Origin: Longimicrobiales bacterium
Lineage (GTDB): Bacteria > Gemmatimonadota > Gemmatimonadetes > Longimicrobiales > Gaopeijiaceae
Length of the DNA: 64,000 nucleotides
Direction: 5' to 3'
NCBI GenBank assembly: GCA_965202985.1
Contig: CBDBCF010000001.1
Span: 128,001-192,000, forward strand
In this document: positions 37,815 through 46,338 of the stretch, in pieces
How the letters are laid out: each line of letters opens with the position of its first letter
How positions within the stretch are numbered: position 1 is the stretch's first letter
Translations under genes and position numbers: made by a program
Notes under the pieces: generated by a model
The model's input: the letters and a program-made list of their open reading frames with translations, nothing else
Database searches by the model: none
Told to the model about the DNA's origin: nothing

Positions 37815-38647
37815 TGGTCGTCCTCAGGCAGGCCTTCTGCTGGGGGCTCGGCCTGTCGCTGCCGTTCGTCGTCTTCGGCTTGGTCGGCATGAGCGTCCCG
37901 GGTGGGCGCTGGTTGTTGACCCTGTGCAGCATCCTGGCGACCGGACTGGGGCTGCTGCTGCCTTTCGCCGCCTTTGCGGGGGGATCCGCCGGGGGCCAGC
38001 GGGCCGCGCAGGTCTTGGGCTCGGCGATCCTGGGCCCGGCGATCGTCTCGGGACTCGTTCTCGGCGTCGCGACGTACGTCTTGCTTGCCTTCGCGAGCCC
38101 GCTGCTGCAGCACCCGTTGGAGGTTCACGCAGGCTGGACCACCGAAGCCGCCGCGGAGCGCTTCGGTCCGCCCACGCCATCGGGCATTCTCCGCAACCTG
38201 AGGTACGTGGAGGCGAACCCGCCGCAGGAGTACACCACGAGGGTCGAGCTTCCCGAGACCCGCTATCCCAGTCGGCTGCGAATGGCACTCCACCGCCCGA
38301 TCGCCTTCGGCGTCCTGGCGCTCGTCAACGTCTTCTTGGGGTGGCTGGCGGCGTCGGCAACGCAGGGACTTGCGCCGCGACGAGGTCGGCGCGTTCGGGC
38401 GGCGGTGGGCTTGGCCGGGAGCTTGGCCTGCTTCGCCGCCTTCGTCGTCGCCATGTCGCCGGACCGGGACTGGAACACCGCTTCGGGGGTCGTCGCGGCC
38501 TGGGCGCCCCTTGCGGTACCGGTGCTGGAGGCGCTTACTCTTGCGATGGTGGCCCGCCGCGTCGGCCCCAAGCACCGATCACACGCCCTTCGCGAGTCCA
38601 GCAACCTTGCACGAACCCTTCAAGATCGACCTGCGGAGGTTCCGTGA
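37814..38647 (+). CDS. Multi-pass membrane protein, LptF/LptG-like C-terminal half
   Basis: About 6 TM segments in a 3+3 layout around a soluble loop; MALHRPIAFGVLALVNVFLG...AAWAPL resembles LptF/G TM4-6. Confidence 0.55.
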   Translation: MVVLRQAFCWGLGLSLPFVVFGLVGMSVPGGRWLLTLCSILATGLGLLLPFAAFAGGSAGGQRAAQVLGSAILGPAIVSGLVLGVATYVLLAFASPLLQHPLEVHAGWTTEAAAERFGPPTPSGILRNLRYVEANPPQEYTTRVELPETRYPSRLRMALHRPIAFGVLALVNVFLGWLAASATQGLAPRRGRRVRAAVGLAGSLACFAAFVVAMSPDRDWNTASGVVAAWAPLAVPVLEALTLAMVARRVGPKHRSHALRESSNLARTLQDRPAEVP

Positions 38648-39155
38648 CGGCGACGCCGCCTACTTCAAAGTGCTGTTGGAACGCTTCGGGTTGCAGGTCG
38701 ACGCCATCGTCTTCTCGTACGCCCGCAGCGAGCTGGACTTGGCCGACGATCTCCGGCAAGAGTCCTGGGTTCGGCTCCACAAGAAGCGCAGGTCGTACCG
38801 GGGAGACGGCGACTTCGGGGCGTGGCTTCATCGTCTGGTCCACCGTGCTTGCATCCAGGAGCTGCGGAAGCGAACAAGACGGGCGGCCAAGTACGAGGAG
38901 TACGAAGAACGGCTGGACGCGCCGCCCCCGTCGCAACCCGACGAGGAGTTCGACCGCGCAGATTTCAGGTCGAGCCTGATGCGCGCCTTGGGACAGTTGC
39001 CGAAGCGCCAGCAGGACGCCTTCTACCTTACGCGGGTCGAGGAGTACAGCGTGAAAGAAGCCGCCGAACTGATGGGAACGAAGCCCGCGACCGTGCGGTC
39101 TCACGTGCGGCACGCCATCGAGAAGCTGAGGGAGTTGCTGAAGGAATGGGAATGA
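38607..39155 (+). CDS. ECF sigma factor 2 (TTG start inferred)
   Basis: ADDLRQESWVRL, FGAWLHRLVHRACI, ALGQLPKRQQDAFYL...YSVKEAAELMGTKPATVRSHVRHA. Confidence 0.88.
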   Translation: MHEPFKIDLRRFRDGDAAYFKVLLERFGLQVDAIVFSYARSELDLADDLRQESWVRLHKKRRSYRGDGDFGAWLHRLVHRACIQELRKRTRRAAKYEEYEERLDAPPPSQPDEEFDRADFRSSLMRALGQLPKRQQDAFYLTRVEEYSVKEAAELMGTKPATVRSHVRHAIEKLRELLKEWE

Positions 39156-39616
39156 CTGGTTGCCCGGACGCCGATCGGGTCGTCGCGTACCACGACGGCG
39201 AGGGAGAGTTCGACGCCGAGTTCGGGCGTCACGTCGAGAGCTGTCGGTCGTGCGGACTGGTCCTTCGGATGCTGGGGGAGGCTCGACCGGCGTTTGCGGG
39301 GGCGCCGCTGGAAGAACATGTCGTCGAAGGACTGTTGCAGGCCGTATTCTCGGGAGAGGACGCATCGGCCCCGGTCCCGCAGGCGCCGCGAATCAAGTTC
39401 TGGGACGTGGGGATTCCGGGCATGCTGGGGGCCGCCATGGGCCTTGCCGCCGGAGCGGCGATCGGCGTCTTGGGCCCGGGGACCACTTGGGGCCACGTGG
39501 CGGCGCTGGTTCTGGTCTACGGGGCCGGCGGCGTCTGGTTGGACTACCGGCTGGCGTTGCGGGACTTCATCCAGGCCCAGGAGGGACGGGCGGGCGAGGC
39601 GCTTGCGGGGGCTTAG
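39152..39616 (+). CDS. Zinc-binding (ZAS) anti-sigma factor with two C-terminal TM helices
   Basis: ATGA-coupled to the sigma gene; C...AYHDGE...HVESCRSC (HxxxCxxC). Confidence 0.8.
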   Translation: MTGCPDADRVVAYHDGEGEFDAEFGRHVESCRSCGLVLRMLGEARPAFAGAPLEEHVVEGLLQAVFSGEDASAPVPQAPRIKFWDVGIPGMLGAAMGLAAGAAIGVLGPGTTWGHVAALVLVYGAGGVWLDYRLALRDFIQAQEGRAGEALAGA

Positions 39617-40347
39617 CTCGGCAGCCGCAGCGACACGTGCAGGTGGTCCGCCGTGCCCGTGTGGCGAAGCGAGTGAAACCCGAGGGCCCAGAACGCCAGC
39701 TCCACGGCCTTGTTCCGCCATTCCGGCCGCCCCTTGGTGCGCAAGTCCAGCGCGTGCACGAAGCCGTCGTCCTGCCGGAAGTGGAGGGACGCTTCGTTGG
39801 GGGGCAGGCCCATGCGGCGGTAGAAGTCGGGCGTGCGGCCCGCGTCGGTGACGACCGAGGCGGGGTCGACAAGAATGACGGCGCTGGCGGCCAAGCGCAG
39901 CAACGGATGCAACGACGTGTACTCGGCCTGCACTTCGGGCGACTTGACGTTCGCGCCGCCCACGTAGACCAGCGCATAGACCACCGCTGCAAGGGCGGTC
40001 AGCGAAGCGGCTCTCCCGATCGCCTTGCGCACGGCCTTGCCCGCGCCGACCCGGCGGCCCGCGGCCCAGGCGTACAGCGCGAGCAGCAACGCAGTGGCCC
40101 CCGTCGCCGCCAGCAGGGCCGGCCACGTGCCCAATCCCCATTCCTGATATGCGAAGACGCCCCCTCGGATCAGCAGGAAGAACGGCAGCAGCGCCAGCGT
40201 GACCAAGAACGCGGCGGCGCGCACAAGTCGGAAAGGCAGCGTCGACAGGCGCTTCTTCTTGCGGTTCTTCTGGCCCGGGGCGGGTACGGCGGACGGCTTG
40301 GCGGCCCGGGGCTGCGGCATGCCCAAGTCCACGTGCGTCGTGCTCAC
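39613..40347 (-). CDS. Membrane protein with a putative M15/LAS-type Zn-peptidase-like C-terminal domain
   Basis: Three TM segments, then SLHF...HALDLRT...DHLHVSL; GTGA-coupled to thiI. Confidence 0.55.
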   Translation of the reverse strand: MSTTHVDLGMPQPRAAKPSAVPAPGQKNRKKKRLSTLPFRLVRAAAFLVTLALLPFFLLIRGGVFAYQEWGLGTWPALLAATGATALLLALYAWAAGRRVGAGKAVRKAIGRAASLTALAAVVYALVYVGGANVKSPEVQAEYTSLHPLLRLAASAVILVDPASVVTDAGRTPDFYRRMGLPPNEASLHFRQDDGFVHALDLRTKGRPEWRNKAVELAFWALGFHSLRHTGTADHLHVSLRLPS

Positions 40348-41807
40348 GGTCCTACTCCCTCCCTCGCTCGTTCTCTCATCGCCTTCGTGCCCCCCGCCAA
40401 CGAGTACGCCTCGTAGCCCGCGGTCTGAAGCAGGTCGGCAAAGGTCGTGGACTGCACTTCGTTGTCACAGAAGAGAAGATAGCGTCGCTCCTTGTCCAAC
40501 GTCGCGGCCACCTCCGGAAAATCGGCCGGGGCCACGCGCCGGGAGCCCGGAAAGCGCCAGCCGTCGTCCTGGTGGGGCAGGCGGCAGTCGATCACCAGGG
40601 CGTCGGGAGGCGGTCCGGCGGTGCGCACGTAGTCGCGGGCCAGCTCGGCGGCGTCCAGCGCCCGCAGGTTGCGCACCGAACGGGCAGCCGCCGCTTGGGC
40701 CGCGAGCTCGGGGTCCAGCGGCGCTTCCTCCGCGTCCACGGCGCGCACCTTGGCGGCGGTGACCGGCTTGCCCTCCAAGATCGCGCAGTGCTCCTTGATC
40801 CGCGCCGACAGCGCCGCCGTGCCGATCCGCTCGGCCAGGCGGATGATCTCGCCCTTGTCGAACCCCACCAGAGGCCTCAGCACGGGCATCTCCGCCGCCG
40901 CCTGTATGGCGCGCAGGTTGGTCAGCGTCTGGGACGACACTTGGCCCAGGGACTCGCCGGTCACGATCGCTTGTGCACCGGTGTTGCGGGCGACGTGTTC
41001 CGCGGCCCTGTACATGAGGCGCTTCAGGACGACCTGCCAGTAGCGCGGCGTCACCTGTCGCTGCAAGGCGGCCAGGACGGGGCCGAAGTCCAGCAGGTGA
41101 ATCGACGGACGACAACCGTAGCTCCATCGATCCGCCAGCACCTTGGCCACTTGCACCACCGAACGCTCGAAGGCGGGGCCGGCCAGGTTGCAGAACACGT
41201 AGTCCAGCGTCACGCCCCGCTTGAGCATGAGCCACGCTGCCGCCGCCGAGTCGAATCCGCCCGAGATCAGGCACACCGCCTTGCCCTGCACGCCCGCGGG
41301 CAAGCCGCCGGGGCCGTCGGTGCGCGAGCCGAACAGGTACGCCTCCTCGTCGCGCACCTCCACGGACACGGTGACCTCGGGCGAAGACAAGTCCACCACG
41401 CCGTAGGGGTTCAGCGCGGCGCCCAGCTCCACGCGCACGTCCTGCGAAGAGAACGACTGGCGGCCGGTGCGGCGCGCCGCGACCGCGAACCGTCGCCCCG
41501 ACACCGCGTCCTTGTACTTCTCGCGACCGGTTCGGACTATGGCGTCCAGATCGGCGGGCGTCACCGCGTCCAACTTGGAGAACGACCCGACGCCGAAGAC
41601 GCGGGCGGCCGCGTTCATCGCCTCCGGCTTGGGCGTCTCCACGAAGATGCGGCTCCATCGATCTTGGAGCTTGGCGTCGGCGGAGCGCAGGGCGTCGGCC
41701 AGGTTGTGCACAAGCTTTTTTTGGAAACGTCGGCGCGTGCGATTGGATTTTCGCGTGATCTCCGGCGCCAGGCGGACAAGAAAGCGCGCGGTGCGAGTCA
41801 GTTCCAC
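40344..41807 (-). CDS. thiI: tRNA 4-thiouridine synthase with THUMP, PP-loop and rhodanese domains
   Basis: PEITRKS, GGLPAG, LISGGFDS, TGESLGQVSSQTLTNL, LRPLVGFDK, C-terminal LLFC. Confidence 0.92.
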   Translation of the reverse strand: MELTRTARFLVRLAPEITRKSNRTRRRFQKKLVHNLADALRSADAKLQDRWSRIFVETPKPEAMNAAARVFGVGSFSKLDAVTPADLDAIVRTGREKYKDAVSGRRFAVAARRTGRQSFSSQDVRVELGAALNPYGVVDLSSPEVTVSVEVRDEEAYLFGSRTDGPGGLPAGVQGKAVCLISGGFDSAAAAWLMLKRGVTLDYVFCNLAGPAFERSVVQVAKVLADRWSYGCRPSIHLLDFGPVLAALQRQVTPRYWQVVLKRLMYRAAEHVARNTGAQAIVTGESLGQVSSQTLTNLRAIQAAAEMPVLRPLVGFDKGEIIRLAERIGTAALSARIKEHCAILEGKPVTAAKVRAVDAEEAPLDPELAAQAAAARSVRNLRALDAAELARDYVRTAGPPPDALVIDCRLPHQDDGWRFPGSRRVAPADFPEVAATLDKERRYLLFCDNEVQSTTFADLLQTAGYEAYSLAGGTKAMRERAREGVGP

Positions 41808-42763
41808 GACGTGCCGCGCAACTTCTCCACGTCCAAGTTGCCGCCGCTGAGAACGCATGCGGTCTTGGCGCCGGGAGGGGCGGCGACCAAGCCCTCCAGC
41901 AGAGCGGCGACGGGCGACGCGGCTGCGCCTTCGGCGACCAGCTTGGCGCGGGTCATGAGCCAGAGCACGGCGTCGAAGATGCGCGCGTCGGGCAAGGTCA
42001 CGATCTCGTCCACGAACCGGGCGACGACGGACCGCGTGTGTTCGCCCACGCGCTTGACGCGCAGGCCGTCGATGACGCAGTCCACTTCGTCGAGCGTGAT
42101 CCGGCGGCCCGCCTCCACGCTGCGCTTCATCGCCGGCGCGCCCGAAGATTCCACGCCCACCACGCGCACGTCGGGCTTCGCGGCCTTTACGGCCATGGCA
42201 ACGCCCGACAGGAGGCCGCCGCCGCCGATGGGCACGACCACGAGCTCGACCTCGGGAAAGTCCTGCACGATCTCCAGCCCCAGCGTGCCCTGGCCCGCGA
42301 TCAGATCCGGATCGTCGAAGGGGTGGACGTAGGTCAGCCCTTCGGACTCGGCCAGCTCCAGCGCCTTCTCGTTGGCCTCGTCCCAGATGCTGCCGTGCTG
42401 GACCACGCGAGCGCCGTAGCCCTCCGTGGCGGCCACCTTGGCCGGCGTGGCGTTCTCGGCCATGACCACGACGGCCCGCACGCCGTACTGGCGCGCCGCC
42501 AGCGCCACGCCCTGCGAGTGGTTGCCCGCCGACGAACAGATCACGCCGCGGTCCCGTTCCGCCTGCGACAGCCGGGCGATCTTGTGCAAGGGCCCTCGAA
42601 TCTTGTAGGAACCGCCTCGCTGAAAGAGCTCCGCCTTGAGTCGCGCGTCGAAGCCGCTGGCCTCGTTCAGGGAGCGGCAAGTCAGCATGGGCGTGCGGTA
42701 GACGTGGGGCCGGACGTGCTCGTAGGCGGCCTCGAAGTCGGCCAAGCCCAGCGTCAGGCTCAC
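41798..42763 (-). CDS. PLP-dependent threonine/serine dehydratase (short form)
   Basis: KAELFQRGGSYKIRG, SAGNHSQG, HPFDD, PIGGGGL, LSGGN. Confidence 0.9.
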   Translation of the reverse strand: MSLTLGLADFEAAYEHVRPHVYRTPMLTCRSLNEASGFDARLKAELFQRGGSYKIRGPLHKIARLSQAERDRGVICSSAGNHSQGVALAARQYGVRAVVVMAENATPAKVAATEGYGARVVQHGSIWDEANEKALELAESEGLTYVHPFDDPDLIAGQGTLGLEIVQDFPEVELVVVPIGGGGLLSGVAMAVKAAKPDVRVVGVESSGAPAMKRSVEAGRRITLDEVDCVIDGLRVKRVGEHTRSVVARFVDEIVTLPDARIFDAVLWLMTRAKLVAEGAAASPVAALLEGLVAAPPGAKTACVLSGGNLDVEKLRGTSWN

Positions 42764-43776
42764 GAGCGTATCCCCGGCAGGCTCATCGGACCGCCCAGCC
42801 AGCCGCGCACCCCGTGCGGTCGGTACGGCGCCTCCAGCTCGTCGCGATCCTCTTGCGACAGTTCCAGGTTCAAGGCGGCAACCGCCGCGTCCATCTGCTC
42901 GACCTTGGTGAAACCGACGATCGGCGCCGTCACCGCCGGACGCGACAGCAGCCACGCAAGCGCCACCTGCGTCGGCTCCACGCCGCGACGCCGGGCCACG
43001 CGCACGGTGGCGTCCACCACGTCCCAATCGGAGTCTTGGTCGTACAGATGGTCCGCCAAAGGCGCGTCGGACTCGTCGCGGGGCGAGGTGTCGTGCCGTC
43101 CCCGCGTGCGTGTGCCGGCAAGGAGGCCGCGGGCCAGGGGCGACCAGGGGATCGCGCCCAGCCCTTGGTCCACGCACAAGGGAAGCATTTCCCGCTCCTC
43201 TTCGCGATAAACCAAGTTGTAGTGGTTCTGCATCGACACGAAGCGCGCCCAGCCGTTCCGCTCCGACACGGACAGCGCCTTCATGAGTTCCCATGCGAAC
43301 ATGGAGCTGGCCCCGACGTAGAGCACCTTGCCGTCGCGGACCAGCTGATCCAAGGCCGACAGCGTCTCCTCCACCGGCGTCTCGGCATCAGCTCGGTGGA
43401 TTTGGTACAGGTCGATCCGGTCCAGCCCCAGCCGCCGGAGGCTGGCTTCGCACGACTGCACGACATGCTTGCGCGACAGACCGACGCGGTTCGGACCGTC
43501 GCCCATGCGCAGGCGCACCTTCGTGGCGACCACGGCCTCGTCCCGGTTCGCGAACTCGCGGACGGCCTTGCCCGTGATCTCTTCGCTGACGCCCAACGAG
43601 TACACGTCCGCCGTGTCGAAGAAGTTGACGCCCAGCTCGACGGCGCGGCGGAAGAAGGGCATCGCATCGTCCTCCTCCAGCACCCAAGGGCGCCACGCGC
43701 GGCTGCCGAAGCTCATGCAGCCCAAGGCGATGCGCGAGACCACGAGGCCGCTTTGGCCGAGACGTGCGTATTCCAC
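42760..43776 (-). CDS. Aldo/keto reductase
   Basis: LGCMSFG, FFDTADVY, SLRRLGLDRIDLYQIHR, MQNHYNL, PWSPLARG. Confidence 0.93.
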   Translation of the reverse strand: MEYARLGQSGLVVSRIALGCMSFGSRAWRPWVLEEDDAMPFFRRAVELGVNFFDTADVYSLGVSEEITGKAVREFANRDEAVVATKVRLRMGDGPNRVGLSRKHVVQSCEASLRRLGLDRIDLYQIHRADAETPVEETLSALDQLVRDGKVLYVGASSMFAWELMKALSVSERNGWARFVSMQNHYNLVYREEEREMLPLCVDQGLGAIPWSPLARGLLAGTRTRGRHDTSPRDESDAPLADHLYDQDSDWDVVDATVRVARRRGVEPTQVALAWLLSRPAVTAPIVGFTKVEQMDAAVAALNLELSQEDRDELEAPYRPHGVRGWLGGPMSLPGIRS

Positions 43777-43997
43777 AGCGAGGTCGCTCCTTGGCAGAGG
43801 GCGCCGAGCAGAGGGTAAACGGGCTCCGTGTCGAGAGTGGCCGAATGAGAATAGCCACGGGGGAAGGCCGCTCCAAGGGCTGGCGGTCGCAAGGGCCGTC
43901 GCCGCAAAGGCCGGTTGCGGAATGGACGCCGGCGGAGCGCCGCCCTACTATTGGGCCTCTTGCCCGCTCACGTTCGCGCCACTGAAAGGACAGCAAC

Positions 43998-46277
43998 ATG
44001 CCGACGACGACCCGCGTTCCTCGTGCCCTCCGCGCCTCTCGCGCTCTTCCCGCGCGCACCGCCACCTCGGCGGCGGCAGGCTCGGGCGCCCGGAACAGCC
44101 GTGCCGCGCCCGCATCTCGCATGGCACGCTCGGCCTACGCGATTCCGCCGATCCCGGCAACGCTGGCCGTAGCTGCGGCCCTCTGCGCAGCCGCGGCGAC
44201 CGCGATCTCCGCCACGCCCGCGCTCGCCCAGGAGCCTCCGTCCCAAGCCGCCCCGCCCGACCCGTACCTGTGGCTGGAAGAGGTCGAGGGCGAGCGCGCC
44301 CTGGGCTGGGCGGTGGAGCGCAGCAACGCAACGCTGGCCGAGTTCGAGGCGCTGCCCGTCTTCGGCGAGCTGGAAGAGGCGGTCCTGGAGGTGATCGGCT
44401 CGGCGGACCGCATTGCCTACCCCAGCATCCGTGGCGACCACTTGTACAACTTCTGGACCGACTCCGAGCATCCGCGCGGCGTCTACCGGCGCACCACCTG
44501 GGACGCATACCTGTCGGGCAATCCAGAGTGGGAGGTCGTGCTGGACATCGACGCCATCGCCGAGGACGAGGGCGTCTCCTGGGCCTACCGCGGCATGTCG
44601 TGCCTGGAGCCGGAGCATCGCCACTGCCTGGTCAGCCTTTCCAGGGGCGGCGCCGACGCCACCGAGACGCGCGAATTCGACTTGCAGCGCGCGGCTTTCG
44701 TCGAGGACGGCTTCTTCCTGCCCGAGGCCAAGGGCGGCGCGGTGTTCGTGGACTCGGAGACGTTGCTGGTGGCCACCGACTTCGGCGACGGCACGCTCAC
44801 CACATCGGGCTACCCGCGCCAAGTCCGCCGCTGGAAGAGGGGCCGGCCGCTGGACGAAGCCGAAGTGCTGTACGAGGCGCCCGAGACCGACATGATCGTG
44901 TCCGCCGGGACATGGAAGATCGAGGGCCGAACGGTCGGCGCCGTCAGCCATGCGTACACGATCTTCGAGCGCACGATTTACCTGATCACGGAGGACGGCT
45001 TGGTAGAGATCGACACGCCGTCGGACGCCAGCACCTTCGTCTTCGGCGACCAGCTGGTCGTGCGCACCGTGTCCGAGTGGTCGGTGGGCGGCCAGACCTT
45101 TGCGCCGGCAACTGTGGTGGCGATGAACGCACGCGACTTCCTGGCCGGCGAGCGGGACTTCACCGTCGTCGCGGAGTCGGGCGGCAAGCGCGTCGTGCAG
45201 TGGGCCACGGCCACCAAGGATCGTCTTCTGGTCGGCGTGCTGGACAACGTGCAGGGCGAGCTTTGGCGCTACGCGCGACAGGGCGGCGAATGGACCGGCG
45301 AGCAGCTGCCGTCGCCCGGCATGGGCTCGGTGTCGGTGGCGGGTGCAAGCGACGATCGCAACCAGTTCTTCTTTACGTACAGCAGCTTCACGCAGCCCTC
45401 CACCTTGTACTTGGCGGAAGAAGACGGGGCGGTTCGCGAAGTGCGGCGCATGCCCGACATGTTCGTGTCCGAGGACTTGGTCGCCGAGCAGCACCACGCC
45501 CAGTCCGCGGACGGCACCGAAATCCCGTTCTTCGTGGTGCACAAGAGAGGCGTGGCCCACGACGGCTCCAACCCCACGCTGCTCACCGCGTACGGCGGAT
45601 TCCAGATCCCCCGCACGGCTTCGTACAACTCGATCGTCGGCAAGGCGTGGATGGAGCGCGGCGGCGTATACGTGCTGGCCAACATCCGCGGCGGCGGCGA
45701 GTTCGGACCGGCGTGGTGGACGGCGGCGCTCAAGGAAAACCGGCAACGCGCCTACGACGACTTCCTGGCAGTGGCGCAGTGGCTGGTGGACCACGGCCTG
45801 ACGTCGCCCGCGCACTTGGGCATTCAAGGCGGCTCCAACGGCGGCCTGTTGGTGGGGGCGGCAATGACCCAACGTCCCGACCTGTTCAATGCGGTCGTGT
45901 CGCAGGTGCCGCTGCTGGACATGCGGCGCTACCACAAGCTCCTGGCCGGCGCCAGCTGGATGGCGGAGTACGGCAACCCCGACGACCCGAACGACTGGGC
46001 GTACATCAGCAAGTATTCGCCCTATCAGAACATCGATCCCGACGCCCGGTATCCGAGGGCGCTGTTCACCACGACCACGCGCGACGACCGCGTGCACCCT
46101 GGACACGCCCGCAAGATGGCCGCAAAGATGACGGAGATGGGCCACGACGTGCTCTACTTCGAGAACACCGAAGGCGGCCACGGCGCCGGCGTGACTCCCG
46201 CGCAGCGCGCCCGGATGTACGCCCTGATCTACGCCTACCTGTGGACGCAGCTGGGCGGCGCGCCAAGCGTCTCGTGA
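43998..46277 (+). CDS. Secreted prolyl oligopeptidase (S9A)
   Basis: AAAGGA SD; DPYLWLE, YGGF, NIRGGGEFG, GGSNGG, DDRVHP, EGGH. Confidence 0.93.
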   Translation: MPTTTRVPRALRASRALPARTATSAAAGSGARNSRAAPASRMARSAYAIPPIPATLAVAAALCAAAATAISATPALAQEPPSQAAPPDPYLWLEEVEGERALGWAVERSNATLAEFEALPVFGELEEAVLEVIGSADRIAYPSIRGDHLYNFWTDSEHPRGVYRRTTWDAYLSGNPEWEVVLDIDAIAEDEGVSWAYRGMSCLEPEHRHCLVSLSRGGADATETREFDLQRAAFVEDGFFLPEAKGGAVFVDSETLLVATDFGDGTLTTSGYPRQVRRWKRGRPLDEAEVLYEAPETDMIVSAGTWKIEGRTVGAVSHAYTIFERTIYLITEDGLVEIDTPSDASTFVFGDQLVVRTVSEWSVGGQTFAPATVVAMNARDFLAGERDFTVVAESGGKRVVQWATATKDRLLVGVLDNVQGELWRYARQGGEWTGEQLPSPGMGSVSVAGASDDRNQFFFTYSSFTQPSTLYLAEEDGAVREVRRMPDMFVSEDLVAEQHHAQSADGTEIPFFVVHKRGVAHDGSNPTLLTAYGGFQIPRTASYNSIVGKAWMERGGVYVLANIRGGGEFGPAWWTAALKENRQRAYDDFLAVAQWLVDHGLTSPAHLGIQGGSNGGLLVGAAMTQRPDLFNAVVSQVPLLDMRRYHKLLAGASWMAEYGNPDDPNDWAYISKYSPYQNIDPDARYPRALFTTTTRDDRVHPGHARKMAAKMTEMGHDVLYFENTEGGHGAGVTPAQRARMYALIYAYLWTQLGGAPSVS

Positions 46278-46338
46278 CGGACGAGGGTTCGCGGCGGGCA
46301 GTCCGGCGGCCCGGGCGACTCGCCAGCCAAGTCGCTTC

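Noticed and set aside
43780..43990. Hairpin-rich intergenic region as a c-di-GMP-type riboswitch or ncRNA
   Set aside because: Isolated GGTAAAC and GCAAAG words, but spacing and stems do not match; GC-rich hairpins are expected by chance.
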